Shown here: positions 18,299 through 26,393 of the stretch, piece after piece
How positions within the stretch are numbered: the stretch's first letter is position 1
Layout of the letters: each line of letters begins with the position of its first letter
Virus record (IMG/VR): IMGVR_UViG_3300048033_000958
Coordinates: 1 to 63,908 of that record
Strand: one strand, 5' to 3'
Length of the DNA: 63,908 bases
DNA from: a virus
Taxonomy: Duplodnaviria > Caudoviricetes
Program-made: the position numbers and the translations under genes
The notes under the pieces: generated by a model
What the model saw: the letters and a program-made list of their open reading frames with translations, nothing else
What the model was told of the DNA's origin: nothing
Database searches by the model: none

Positions 18299-20137
18299 CT
18301 AATTCTTGAAATACATTGTGTCATTAATTACCAACACATCTACATCAGACTCATCAAATAATTTCATTGCATCTTCTGGACTCTCTACGATTGGTTCTCC
18401 TTTCACATTCAAAGATGTATTCAATACAACTGGGACTCCCGTTCTATCGTTGAATTTAGAAATCAAATCATAGAAGATAGGATTGTGGTCTCTTGTTAGG
18501 GTTTGAACCCTAGCAGTGTTGTCAATATGCACACCCGATGGAATCTCTTGTGGTTTTTTACAAGGAACGGTATGTAACATAAATGGTGATTCAAAATCCA
18601 TATTAAACCATTCACTTTTGTGTTCTTCAAGAACTACTGGTGCAAATGGTCTAAACCATTCTCTGAATTTTACTCTTGAGTTAAGGATGTCCTTCATCTC
18701 CTTCTTACGAGGGTCAGTTATGAAAGAACGATTTCCTAAAGCACGAGGACCAAACTCAGACCTACCTTGATACCAACATACAATTTTACCATCTGCAAGA
18801 GAATCTGCAAGTCGGTCTAAATCAAGACTAAGTGGAGTATAGTTAGATTCTGGTTGATGAACGTAATTGATACCTAAGTAAGCGAGGTCTTGTGTTTTGT
18901 ATTCTATTTTTGGGTCACCATTAAATGTATGTGTGTAATATAAAGCAGAACCTGCCGATATACCATCATCACCACAAGCAGGGAAGAAATGAACTCTCTC
19001 AAATCCAGTCTCTTGTAAGATTCGATAGTTTGCATTACAATTCAATGCAACCCCACCTGCCAAACACAAATTACCATTGTTAAATTCCTTGGTTTCTTCA
19101 AACAAGATTTGTGCATACTTTACCATAGCATGTTCGAGTAAGTATTGAATGTTGGCGGCAGCATCCATTACCTCTTGTTTATTATAATCACCCTTTTTCC
19201 AAACACTTTGCCATCTTTTGGTATAAAAATGTGCATCTTTATCACCATTTTGAATCTCTTCTTTGAGACCATTAACGTGTGGGAATTTACCAGTGATTTG
19301 AGAAAATAACCAATCGATGTATTGGTGGTCTTGTACAGGTGAATCTCGTTTCCAAATAGGTTCAACCCACTTATCTGCATTTTCTTTTACTTTACCACTA
19401 ACATTACCAAAGGCAGCAAGACCCATCAATACACCTGCTTTAGTCGTACCAGGACCTAATCCTAATAGTTCAGTTGCAGCATCATAGAATGTACCAATCA
19501 TTAAACCTGGTTCTCTGAACATAGACAATATTGGACCATCACCAATGTAATACCCACTACAATTTTCGGGGTCGTGCATTGAGGCATCCACAGTCATAAT
19601 AGCACACTTTTCGAATGGAGAAGTATAATATGCTGCTGCTGCGTGAGTAGTATGGTGGTCCACAAATACACCTCTGATGATTCTATCATACCCTTCAATC
19701 TTACAATTAAAGTTCAATGTATAATGTGAAGTGATAGCACCCGAACTATATGGTGGTTGAATTCTATCAATATACCAAGGTAGTGTATATCCATATTCAG
19801 TATCCCTTACCTTATTATCGTAAGAATCCAAGTGATTCAAGAGGATACTTTCTTTGTTATATGTACCCAATTGAGAAAATGGGTATTGCATATCTTTTGG
19901 TGCATATATATTCATCCAAGGACACGTGCCTTGATTCCAATATCCCATACTGATAATATCAACATCATCTAATGTTATAAAATTATCTGATAAGAATCTA
20001 TCTAATGCAGCTCTTGATAAAAATGTATCTTTCTTGTTTCTTGAATATCGTTCTACTGCGATAGAACATATTAACTTACCATCTCTAACTAATGAAAGGG
20101 ACGCATCGTGTCCCGAATGAATTCCTAGAATTGTCAT
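18299..20137 (-). CDS. O-carbamoyltransferase (NodU/CmcH family)
   Basis: HDAS, ERYSRNK, HHTTHA, GGVALNC, DDGISAG, EFGPRALGNRS, REWFRPFAP, LNTSLN. Confidence 0.93.
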   Translation of the reverse strand: MTILGIHSGHDASLSLVRDGKLICSIAVERYSRNKKDTFLSRAALDRFLSDNFITLDDVDIISMGYWNQGTCPWMNIYAPKDMQYPFSQLGTYNKESILLNHLDSYDNKVRDTEYGYTLPWYIDRIQPPYSSGAITSHYTLNFNCKIEGYDRIIRGVFVDHHTTHAAAAYYTSPFEKCAIMTVDASMHDPENCSGYYIGDGPILSMFREPGLMIGTFYDAATELLGLGPGTTKAGVLMGLAAFGNVSGKVKENADKWVEPIWKRDSPVQDHQYIDWLFSQITGKFPHVNGLKEEIQNGDKDAHFYTKRWQSVWKKGDYNKQEVMDAAANIQYLLEHAMVKYAQILFEETKEFNNGNLCLAGGVALNCNANYRILQETGFERVHFFPACGDDGISAGSALYYTHTFNGDPKIEYKTQDLAYLGINYVHQPESNYTPLSLDLDRLADSLADGKIVCWYQGRSEFGPRALGNRSFITDPRKKEMKDILNSRVKFREWFRPFAPVVLEEHKSEWFNMDFESPFMLHTVPCKKPQEIPSGVHIDNTARVQTLTRDHNPIFYDLISKFNDRTGVPVVLNTSLNVKGEPIVESPEDAMKLFDESDVDVLVINDTMYFKN

Positions 20138-20529
20138 TGTATAAAACTTGCCTTTTTATTTGATTTTATTAATACTCTTTTGAAGTGATTGTATTCTTTT
20201 TGTTTGATTTCACCAAAGTAATAGATTTTGTCTGAACCCCGTACCACACAATCATATTGGTGTAAAGGTTGTGTTGGGTGATATGGTTTTCCATAATAGT
20301 CTTTTTCCATACCACTATAAAGTGACATTGTTGATGATGCTGGATTATATTCAATATACTTCACACCCATCTCCAATGCAAACTTACGAACCCATTTTTC
20401 TATTCCATCTTTATTTCCTCTTGTGATGAGAATAAGTTCCTCTCCAAACTTTTGTTTTAGTTTCCAAACCAGTTCTTTGATTTCACCTCTATTCTCATAC
20501 TTCGGACTCCCTATCAGTGCTATTCTCAT
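20134..20529 (-). CDS. SLOG-superfamily (YspA/DUF2493-like) protein
   Basis: IALIGSPKY..LITRGNKDGIEKWVRKFA Rossmannoid pattern; start reassigned to MRIALIG. Confidence 0.55.
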   Translation of the reverse strand: MRIALIGSPKYENRGEIKELVWKLKQKFGEELILITRGNKDGIEKWVRKFALEMGVKYIEYNPASSTMSLYSGMEKDYYGKPYHPTQPLHQYDCVVRGSDKIYYFGEIKQKEYNHFKRVLIKSNKKASFIQ

Positions 20530-21025
20530 TGTACTTGAGTCTTTTTTGAACCTTTCTCCAATACTTTTGGGTTTGTTTCTTTTGTAGTCCCTTCGGACCA
20601 CCATTCCAACAACGGGCGATTTTCTCATATGAACTTGTTTCGTGATAATAGTTTGCAATAACATTGAACATCTCAATAGATTTGTCCTCTGACCATCGGT
20701 CTTCTAATGTATATATGTGACTCGAACCTTGTAAACCTAAAACTCGGTTAACTTCTTTTACCATAATTGGTCGAATCTGAAGAACTCCAACCGCATCCTC
20801 TCGTTTACAATAAGCAGATGTGTCACATCTACTTTCTACCCACATTAATGCATTAACCAATGGGGTAAGGTCTCGTTTGATAGTTACTAGGTTTAACTCC
20901 GGCTTTGGAGTTTCGATTTCAAGTGTAACTTCTTTACTTGGAACTTCTATCAAATCTTGCTTTGGTAGTTTGATGTAGGTAGATGAAGTAAGTGCTACCA
21001 TAGATAATAAAATCAACTTTCTCAT
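20495..21025 (-). CDS. Secreted lysozyme-like protein (destabilase/i-type or SLT-like)
   Basis: Signal peptide, MWVES catalytic Glu, GVLQI, ARCWNGGPKG. Confidence 0.75.
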   Translation of the reverse strand: MRKLILLSMVALTSSTYIKLPKQDLIEVPSKEVTLEIETPKPELNLVTIKRDLTPLVNALMWVESRCDTSAYCKREDAVGVLQIRPIMVKEVNRVLGLQGSSHIYTLEDRWSEDKSIEMFNVIANYYHETSSYEKIARCWNGGPKGLQKKQTQKYWRKVQKRLKYNENSTDRESEV

Positions 21026-21028
21026 ATA

Positions 21029-21964
21029 TTATTCTTTGATTCTTTCTTTCTTGTTACACAACTCACTCTTCTTGAATGGACAATACTTACAATTCTTAGA
21101 GTTTTTACCTGCAAGGGCAGGAAACTCACCTTCAGTATTGTATGACCCATCATCGTTGAATGACTTGGAAATAAACTCATCAAAACTTGTAGTGATGTTT
21201 CTCATCGTTCTACTTCCGTGGGCAGGTACAAACTCCTGTACTCTCTTTTGAGCAAACATTGCCTCTTCCCACAACTTACGTTTTACGATGAAGTATCTAA
21301 CTTGAATCTTGTCGATTGGCCAACCATATTGTTCTGAGAAGAACTTCTTATATAGAACCAATTGAGCAGTTTTGGTTTTGTCTTTCTTCTGATACTCATT
21401 CCACCCTCTTGTAGATGTTTTGATATCCCAAATCTCGATGATGCCATCTTGGTCTTCGAACACCAAATCGATGAACCCTTTCATCATAATGTTCTCATTA
21501 GAGGTTGGGTAGTAGATTGGTAACTCGACACCTACCAACTTGAGTCGTTTGGTTGAGAAGTAGTCAGTTCTATTCTTTTTGATAAAGTCAATAATTTGTA
21601 AACCATCATCGTAGAACTCATTCATCTCATCCTTCGTGGTGAACTTACCATAACGGGCAACCATCACTTTATATTCTTGTGCCATTGAGTCCAACAATAG
21701 TTTACTCAAGTCAAGTTTCTCTGCTTCACTTGGACCATCCTTGTATAGAACCTGTAACCACTCTTGTAGAGTCTCGTGCATTGCAGTACCAAAGACAAGG
21801 TGAATCGATGGGTCGAAGTCTTTGTGACCATCCATATAAGTCAACTTCCATTGTTTAGGACAATTAGCATACATTGTATATTGAGAATAGGAAATCTTAG
21901 AGTCTCCTTGCTTCTCTTCGTGTACTGGAAAATTGAATATGTTTGATACTACTGACTTTTTCAT
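21029..21964 (-). CDS. PD-(D/E)XK (RecB/Cas4-like) exonuclease
   Basis: ISYSQ..CP, FGTAMHE, GFIDL, DIKTS, QLVLY, CKYCPF. Confidence 0.85.
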   Translation of the reverse strand: MKKSVVSNIFNFPVHEEKQGDSKISYSQYTMYANCPKQWKLTYMDGHKDFDPSIHLVFGTAMHETLQEWLQVLYKDGPSEAEKLDLSKLLLDSMAQEYKVMVARYGKFTTKDEMNEFYDDGLQIIDFIKKNRTDYFSTKRLKLVGVELPIYYPTSNENIMMKGFIDLVFEDQDGIIEIWDIKTSTRGWNEYQKKDKTKTAQLVLYKKFFSEQYGWPIDKIQVRYFIVKRKLWEEAMFAQKRVQEFVPAHGSRTMRNITTSFDEFISKSFNDDGSYNTEGEFPALAGKNSKNCKYCPFKKSELCNKKERIKE

Positions 21965-21983
21965 CTATCTCTTATTTCTATTA

Positions 21984-22037
21984 CTAATATACAAAATTAT
22001 AGTGAAACCACCAAATTTCAATGTTAATAAATTGTTA
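21984..22037 (-). promoter_or_regulatory. Bacteroidota-type promoter (TTTG-N20-TATATTAG) with upstream TAACA-N6-TAACA repeat
   Basis: -7 element 21984-21991, -33 element 22012-22015, repeat 22022-22037. Confidence 0.75.
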
Positions 22038-22187
22038 TTGTTTTGACTCTTCACCTGCTTGGAATGCAAGTCTGAGTCCATATCCAATGAGGACTCCACC
22101 AAAGAACGACAATAGGATTGAGTTGTAGGCAACGGCGAACCATATACCAAACATACTCATCCATATTGCGTGACCATATTTGGTCAT
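22035..22187 (-). CDS. Small membrane protein (50 aa)
   Basis: Manual translation MTKYGHAIWMSMFGIWFAVAYNSILLSFFGGVLIGYGLRLAFQAGEESKQ. Confidence 0.55.
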   Translation of the reverse strand: MTKYGHAIWMSMFGIWFAVAYNSILLSFFGGVLIGYGLRLAFQAGEESKQ

Positions 22188-22189
22188 TC

Positions 22190-22600
22190 TTACTTTGCCC
22201 ATTTTCCGTTTTGGACTAATTGAGCAATGATACCATATACTGATAAATCTGCATAGGTATCTTGTAGTGATTCACCAACCTCATCGGGTTGACCTAATAC
22301 TACGAGTTGTTTTAGTCTCTGAACCTTATCGTTCATTCTGAACCACAATCCAGTTAGTGATAGTTTTACATCATCGTTTGTCTCCAATGGAGTTCCAACT
22401 GAGATGTTACCTGGTCCATAGTTTCGTTGCTTCTTACAAAAGGTTTCGTATTGTTCCCACATAATCCTTTTGTATTCTTCCATCATTTCGGGGTATTGTT
22501 GTTCACAATACTCGATTGCAGTGCGTTCACCATAGATTGGTCTTTCCTCTTCACGAACCCACTCTACTTTGTTTTTTGCTTCTTTAATTACTTCAGCCAT
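22190..22600 (-). CDS. DUF1599/Nmad1 nucleotide-modification-associated domain protein
   Basis: KKQRNYG, RMNDKVQRL, ESLQDTYADLSVYGII. Confidence 0.78.
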   Translation of the reverse strand: MAEVIKEAKNKVEWVREEERPIYGERTAIEYCEQQYPEMMEEYKRIMWEQYETFCKKQRNYGPGNISVGTPLETNDDVKLSLTGLWFRMNDKVQRLKQLVVLGQPDEVGESLQDTYADLSVYGIIAQLVQNGKWAK

Positions 22601-23028
22601 TTCTTGATTTCTTTTTTGTCTACTCCAAACTTACTGATAATTTCTATTACCTCATCTTTTGATAACATATCTAGGTAATCTTTCACTTCTCTCTTTGATA
22701 CTTCAAAGTATCTCGATAGATACTCCAATGTATTATCATTGTATTTACTCTTACCCTTTGCTTTTACATATTTGTCGAATGTTTTCTTTTTGGGTAATAC
22801 ATCCAAATACAATTTATAAACATCACGAGGTGATAATTGACCAATGGTGTATTTTTGCAATTCATTGATTAACTCAATGTGATGTAGATTCATAGACAAC
22901 CATCGGTTGATGATAAAGGGTGAAAAGGACTTCTTGTCCATATCAGACAAAGAGTCCCAATCTACCTTCTTTTCCTTGATTCCAGAAAGATGTTCGAAGA
23001 TGGTTTTAGCCTTCTTGGTTTGCGACAT
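22588..23028 (-). CDS. Clamp loader small subunit (T4 gp62-like)
   Basis: FSPFIINRWLS..INE pattern; near clamp loader ATPase; start reassigned to MSQTKK. Confidence 0.75.
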   Translation of the reverse strand: MSQTKKAKTIFEHLSGIKEKKVDWDSLSDMDKKSFSPFIINRWLSMNLHHIELINELQKYTIGQLSPRDVYKLYLDVLPKKKTFDKYVKAKGKSKYNDNTLEYLSRYFEVSKREVKDYLDMLSKDEVIEIISKFGVDKKEIKKWLK

Positions 23029-23287
23029 CTTCAAAGAGTTCTTTTGGAGTAAACTTAGGATGAACCGTACCACAATTGTTACAAACCACTACTGGGATTG
23101 GTAACATTGATGGTTGGCCATTTGGAGATTGCATTGCTGATACCTCTTTGAACATTTGTAGTTCATCGAAGAAGATACCATCACATTGTGGGCAAGTTAC
23201 ATTCTTCAACTTTGTAACATCCAAATTCATTTGTGGAGATTGTGCGGGTTGACCCATCTCTACGATTTTACTTTTTTTCTTTGCCAT
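23006..23287 (-). CDS. Zinc-ribbon protein
   Basis: CPQC...CNNC. Confidence 0.7.
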   Translation of the reverse strand: MAKKKSKIVEMGQPAQSPQMNLDVTKLKNVTCPQCDGIFFDELQMFKEVSAMQSPNGQPSMLPIPVVVCNNCGTVHPKFTPKELFEDVANQEG

Positions 23288-23290
23288 AAT

Positions 23291-23461
23291 TTACTTACTT
23301 TCTTCTACCGATGCTTTACGATAGTCAGTTACCAATTTCTTCAACTCATTGATTACTTTACGAGCACGAGTCTTAGATGCTTTGGTTGTACCATTGTGTT
23401 CGGTTTCAAATTGAGCAAACAACTCCTGCATCTGCTCAAATAATTCTTGTGATTTTGCCAT
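23291..23461 (-). CDS. Hc1/histone H1-like small nucleoid protein
   Basis: Manual translation MAKSQELFEQMQELFAQFETEHNGTTKASKTRARKVINELKKLVTDYRKASVEESK; KAxxTRARK..YRKAS signature. Confidence 0.72.
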   Translation of the reverse strand: MAKSQELFEQMQELFAQFETEHNGTTKASKTRARKVINELKKLVTDYRKASVEESK

Positions 23462-23464
23462 AAT

Positions 23465-24391
23465 TTATTTATTTAGTGTCATTAATATGTTTAACATCAT
23501 CGCCATTACGTTGATTTCCTTATCAACTACCATAGAGTCTTTATATTGACCATCTGCGATGTTTAAGATAGTCTGACCCACTTTACCACTTGCATATGTA
23601 TCAATCTCATCATAAAGACCTCTATACAATGGAGTAAAATCCTTCACCTTAGAGTCAGCAATGATTTGTCTGATTTCGGTGAATTGTTGTTTGATGTCAC
23701 CACCTTTTTGTAGTATCTTAACAACATTGTCAATGTAATTTGCTTGGACTGTTGATGTTGTATCAATCTTCAATTCACCATTCACCACCTGTCGTTGAGC
23801 CGCATTGAGAACTCTACGAATGTCGGGATATCCACTATTGACTAAGACTGCAAGTTCTTCGTTTTGGAAAGACACACCCTCTTCAGTTAAGATTTGGTGT
23901 AGTCTCTTTGCAACCTCTTTCTTAGATGGTGGTGTGATTGCGAATGTCTGGCAACGAGATTGAATTGGGTCAATGACCTTCTCAACATAATTACAAGTCA
24001 AGATAAACCGAGTTGATTTACTGAAAGTCTCCATTAGATTACGAAGTGCTGCTTGAGCATTTGGTGTCAAATAATCAGACTCATCCAAGATTACAACTTT
24101 CCACTTACGGAATCCCATTGAAGATGCAAACCCACGAATCTTATCACGAACTGCATCAACGGAGTTTTCATCCGAAGCATTGATATACATCACATCACAA
24201 TCGATTTGGTTAGTGATGATTTTTGCGAGGGTAGTCTTACCCGTACCTGCTACTCCGTAAAGTAGTAGGTGTGGTACATCCTCATTCTCAATGTAAATCT
24301 TTACTTTCTCAAGGATATGTTCGTTTCCAACATAACCTTCTAACGTATCGGGTCTATATTTTTCTACCCAAAGTGAATTACTCATTTTCAT
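23465..24391 (-). CDS. Clamp loader AAA+ ATPase (gp44/RFC small subunit-like)
   Basis: WVEKYRP, GVAGTGKT, NASD, LDESD, SRC. Confidence 0.95.
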   Translation of the reverse strand: MKMSNSLWVEKYRPDTLEGYVGNEHILEKVKIYIENEDVPHLLLYGVAGTGKTTLAKIITNQIDCDVMYINASDENSVDAVRDKIRGFASSMGFRKWKVVILDESDYLTPNAQAALRNLMETFSKSTRFILTCNYVEKVIDPIQSRCQTFAITPPSKKEVAKRLHQILTEEGVSFQNEELAVLVNSGYPDIRRVLNAAQRQVVNGELKIDTTSTVQANYIDNVVKILQKGGDIKQQFTEIRQIIADSKVKDFTPLYRGLYDEIDTYASGKVGQTILNIADGQYKDSMVVDKEINVMAMMLNILMTLNK

Positions 24392-25631
24392 TTATTTTTT
24401 CAAACTTCATATTGTACTCATTGACCTTTGGTTCTAACTGAACCCCCTCTTTCATCACTAATTCTTGCTGAAACAACTTAGTGTATTGAATGATATGGTG
24501 TGGTCTACCATCTGCGTGTTTGGCAGTAGTGTATTGAACGATGTCTCCCCAATTTTCTTTGAGTTCATCGAACTTCTTCTGCAAACCAGTAAACTTTACA
24601 TTCTCTTCTTTATCATCACCAAACTCGTAAATGGTGTTCGTATTACCACCCTTGACTGTACCCGTGGTCTTCTTACCCGATAATAGGTTATTGAAGTTTA
24701 CGGTACATAAGTCACCAGTCGATAAGACTCTCAATGCTAAATCAGTATCCTCGTTATATCGACCTCTCCATCGTTCTTCCAACCGTTGGTCTAAGAGTTC
24801 TGAGTTGATTAAGATACAACTATACACTCGTGTATTGATGATGAATTGTGTTCTTCGTGGTTCATTGGCAGGAACAAATGATGCATATTGACAACCTACT
24901 AATCCTAGGTTTTCGTATCTATCACTAAAGTCTTCCATTATCCTAAAGAATACACCATCTTTGACTTTCTTTTGGACATTATCATTCCATCTAAAGAAAC
25001 CCTCGATATTATCATCAATAATCCAATGCTTCTTATGACCTGCTTGGACCGCGTGTTCCCAAACGAAGTTACGAACTGGAATACCACCCATTCCCCTCTC
25101 ACTAAAGTTTTCGGGTAGTTTGATGAGTTTATCTACATCAATCTTTGGATTGGCAGCATACTTGTCATATTCCTTTGGTTCTACACAAATGTTAAAATCA
25201 ATACCCATTTCCTCTAATGTATCAATGGTGTATGTCTTTTCCCATCTACCCAATGAAATTACATACAATGGGTATTTAGGTGCGATTTTAGTATCAAATG
25301 TGTATTCACACTCAGTAGCAGGGTTGGGGTCAAGTTTGTAGTGAATATAATTCAATCCACCTGCCTTTTGGCCAAACTTCTCAAAGACTGCATTTCTTAC
25401 CTCTTCAGTAGGTGTATCTACTTTGATATAAGTTCTACTTTGAATGTTTGGTGACCATCTAAACTCTGGTAAGTTTGTGTAATGGTCGTTTGTTAAGTCA
25501 AACCCATCATAAAAATCCTCAATGACTTTGTAGTGGACACCATAATTCCAAAATGTTCCTTCGAGTTCAATCTCTCGGAGCATTCTTTCAGTTTCCTCTC
25601 TTTGATGTGTATGTATCTTAACGAGACTCAT
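24378..25631 (-). CDS. TET-associated (TAGT)/GREB1-like glycosyltransferase, putative DNA-base glycosyltransferase
   Basis: YPLYVISLGR, VEPKEY..Y, VRNFVWEH, HWIIDDNI, YSCILI, WRGRYNEDTDL, KGGNT. Confidence 0.72.
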   Translation of the reverse strand: MSLVKIHTHQREETERMLREIELEGTFWNYGVHYKVIEDFYDGFDLTNDHYTNLPEFRWSPNIQSRTYIKVDTPTEEVRNAVFEKFGQKAGGLNYIHYKLDPNPATECEYTFDTKIAPKYPLYVISLGRWEKTYTIDTLEEMGIDFNICVEPKEYDKYAANPKIDVDKLIKLPENFSERGMGGIPVRNFVWEHAVQAGHKKHWIIDDNIEGFFRWNDNVQKKVKDGVFFRIMEDFSDRYENLGLVGCQYASFVPANEPRRTQFIINTRVYSCILINSELLDQRLEERWRGRYNEDTDLALRVLSTGDLCTVNFNNLLSGKKTTGTVKGGNTNTIYEFGDDKEENVKFTGLQKKFDELKENWGDIVQYTTAKHADGRPHHIIQYTKLFQQELVMKEGVQLEPKVNEYNMKFEKINENE

Positions 25632-26329
25632 TACTTAATCTCCACCAAGAAATAGTTAGATTTGAAACCTTCGTGTTCAAATGATACTGATGCAAGACCT
25701 TGAGGTGAAATCTTCAATGAAGATGCTTTAGCGGCACGATTTGCATTTAGGATTTCTTTCAAGTATTTTGCTGAGAATGAGATTGGTTCAACATCACCAT
25801 CACAAGTACAATCTACATTGATAGAGATGCGAGTTGAGTTCATACTCTTTTCGTAACCCAAGATTACTTCACCCTTCCCATCTTTACAAGTAAATGTAAA
25901 TCTATCCGAATCACTCAACGCACCTTTAGACTTAACGAACTTTGCAACAAAGTCATCATCTAAAGTGATTGTTGAACTAAATGGTGGAAGTTGTTTTAGG
26001 TCTGGTACGATTGGTACTACTGATAGGTCTGCCAACATATAATTGATAGTTGTACCCGAATCACTAAATGCCAAACTTGCCTCACCTTCGTTTACATCTA
26101 CATCACTACCCAATACACCCAATAGGTTTTTTAGTTGTGATGTAGTGTAGATACCAAACTCACCATTTGGAAACTGAGTTTCCTCACTTGTAACATCACC
26201 CAATAGGGTTTTGTCATCTGAGATAAATCTAACTGACATTCCTTCATCAGTTGATTCAATCTTAACTGATTCAATCTCACCACCAAGGTTGTAACGAGAG
26301 ATGAACCCTTCAATAGAACTTTTTTTCAT
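25631..26329 (-). CDS. DNA polymerase sliding clamp (gp45-like)
   Basis: FGIY..QL, FSAKYLKEIL; lies between PolB and the clamp loader. Confidence 0.8.
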   Translation of the reverse strand: MKKSSIEGFISRYNLGGEIESVKIESTDEGMSVRFISDDKTLLGDVTSEETQFPNGEFGIYTTSQLKNLLGVLGSDVDVNEGEASLAFSDSGTTINYMLADLSVVPIVPDLKQLPPFSSTITLDDDFVAKFVKSKGALSDSDRFTFTCKDGKGEVILGYEKSMNSTRISINVDCTCDGDVEPISFSAKYLKEILNANRAAKASSLKISPQGLASVSFEHEGFKSNYFLVEIK

Positions 26330-26361
26330 ACTATTTCCTTTTATTTTTTATTTTAACTTTA

Positions 26362-26393
26362 CTAATATACAAAATATTTCTTACACCACCAAA
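26362..26393 (-). promoter_or_regulatory. Bacteroidota-type promoter
   Basis: TTTG-N20-TATATTAG upstream of the clamp gene. Confidence 0.75.

Noticed and set aside
20530-20676. N-terminal extension of the SLOG-like ORF
   Set aside because: It lies inside the lysozyme gene; the domain starts at 20529.
21029-21964. Cas4 as evidence of a CRISPR-Cas system
   Set aside because: Stand-alone PD-(D/E)XK exonucleases are common in phages, and no array or other cas genes are seen.
21965-22150. 61-aa ORF from the track
   Set aside because: It runs through a promoter; the alternative frame 22035..22187 gives a better-placed membrane protein.
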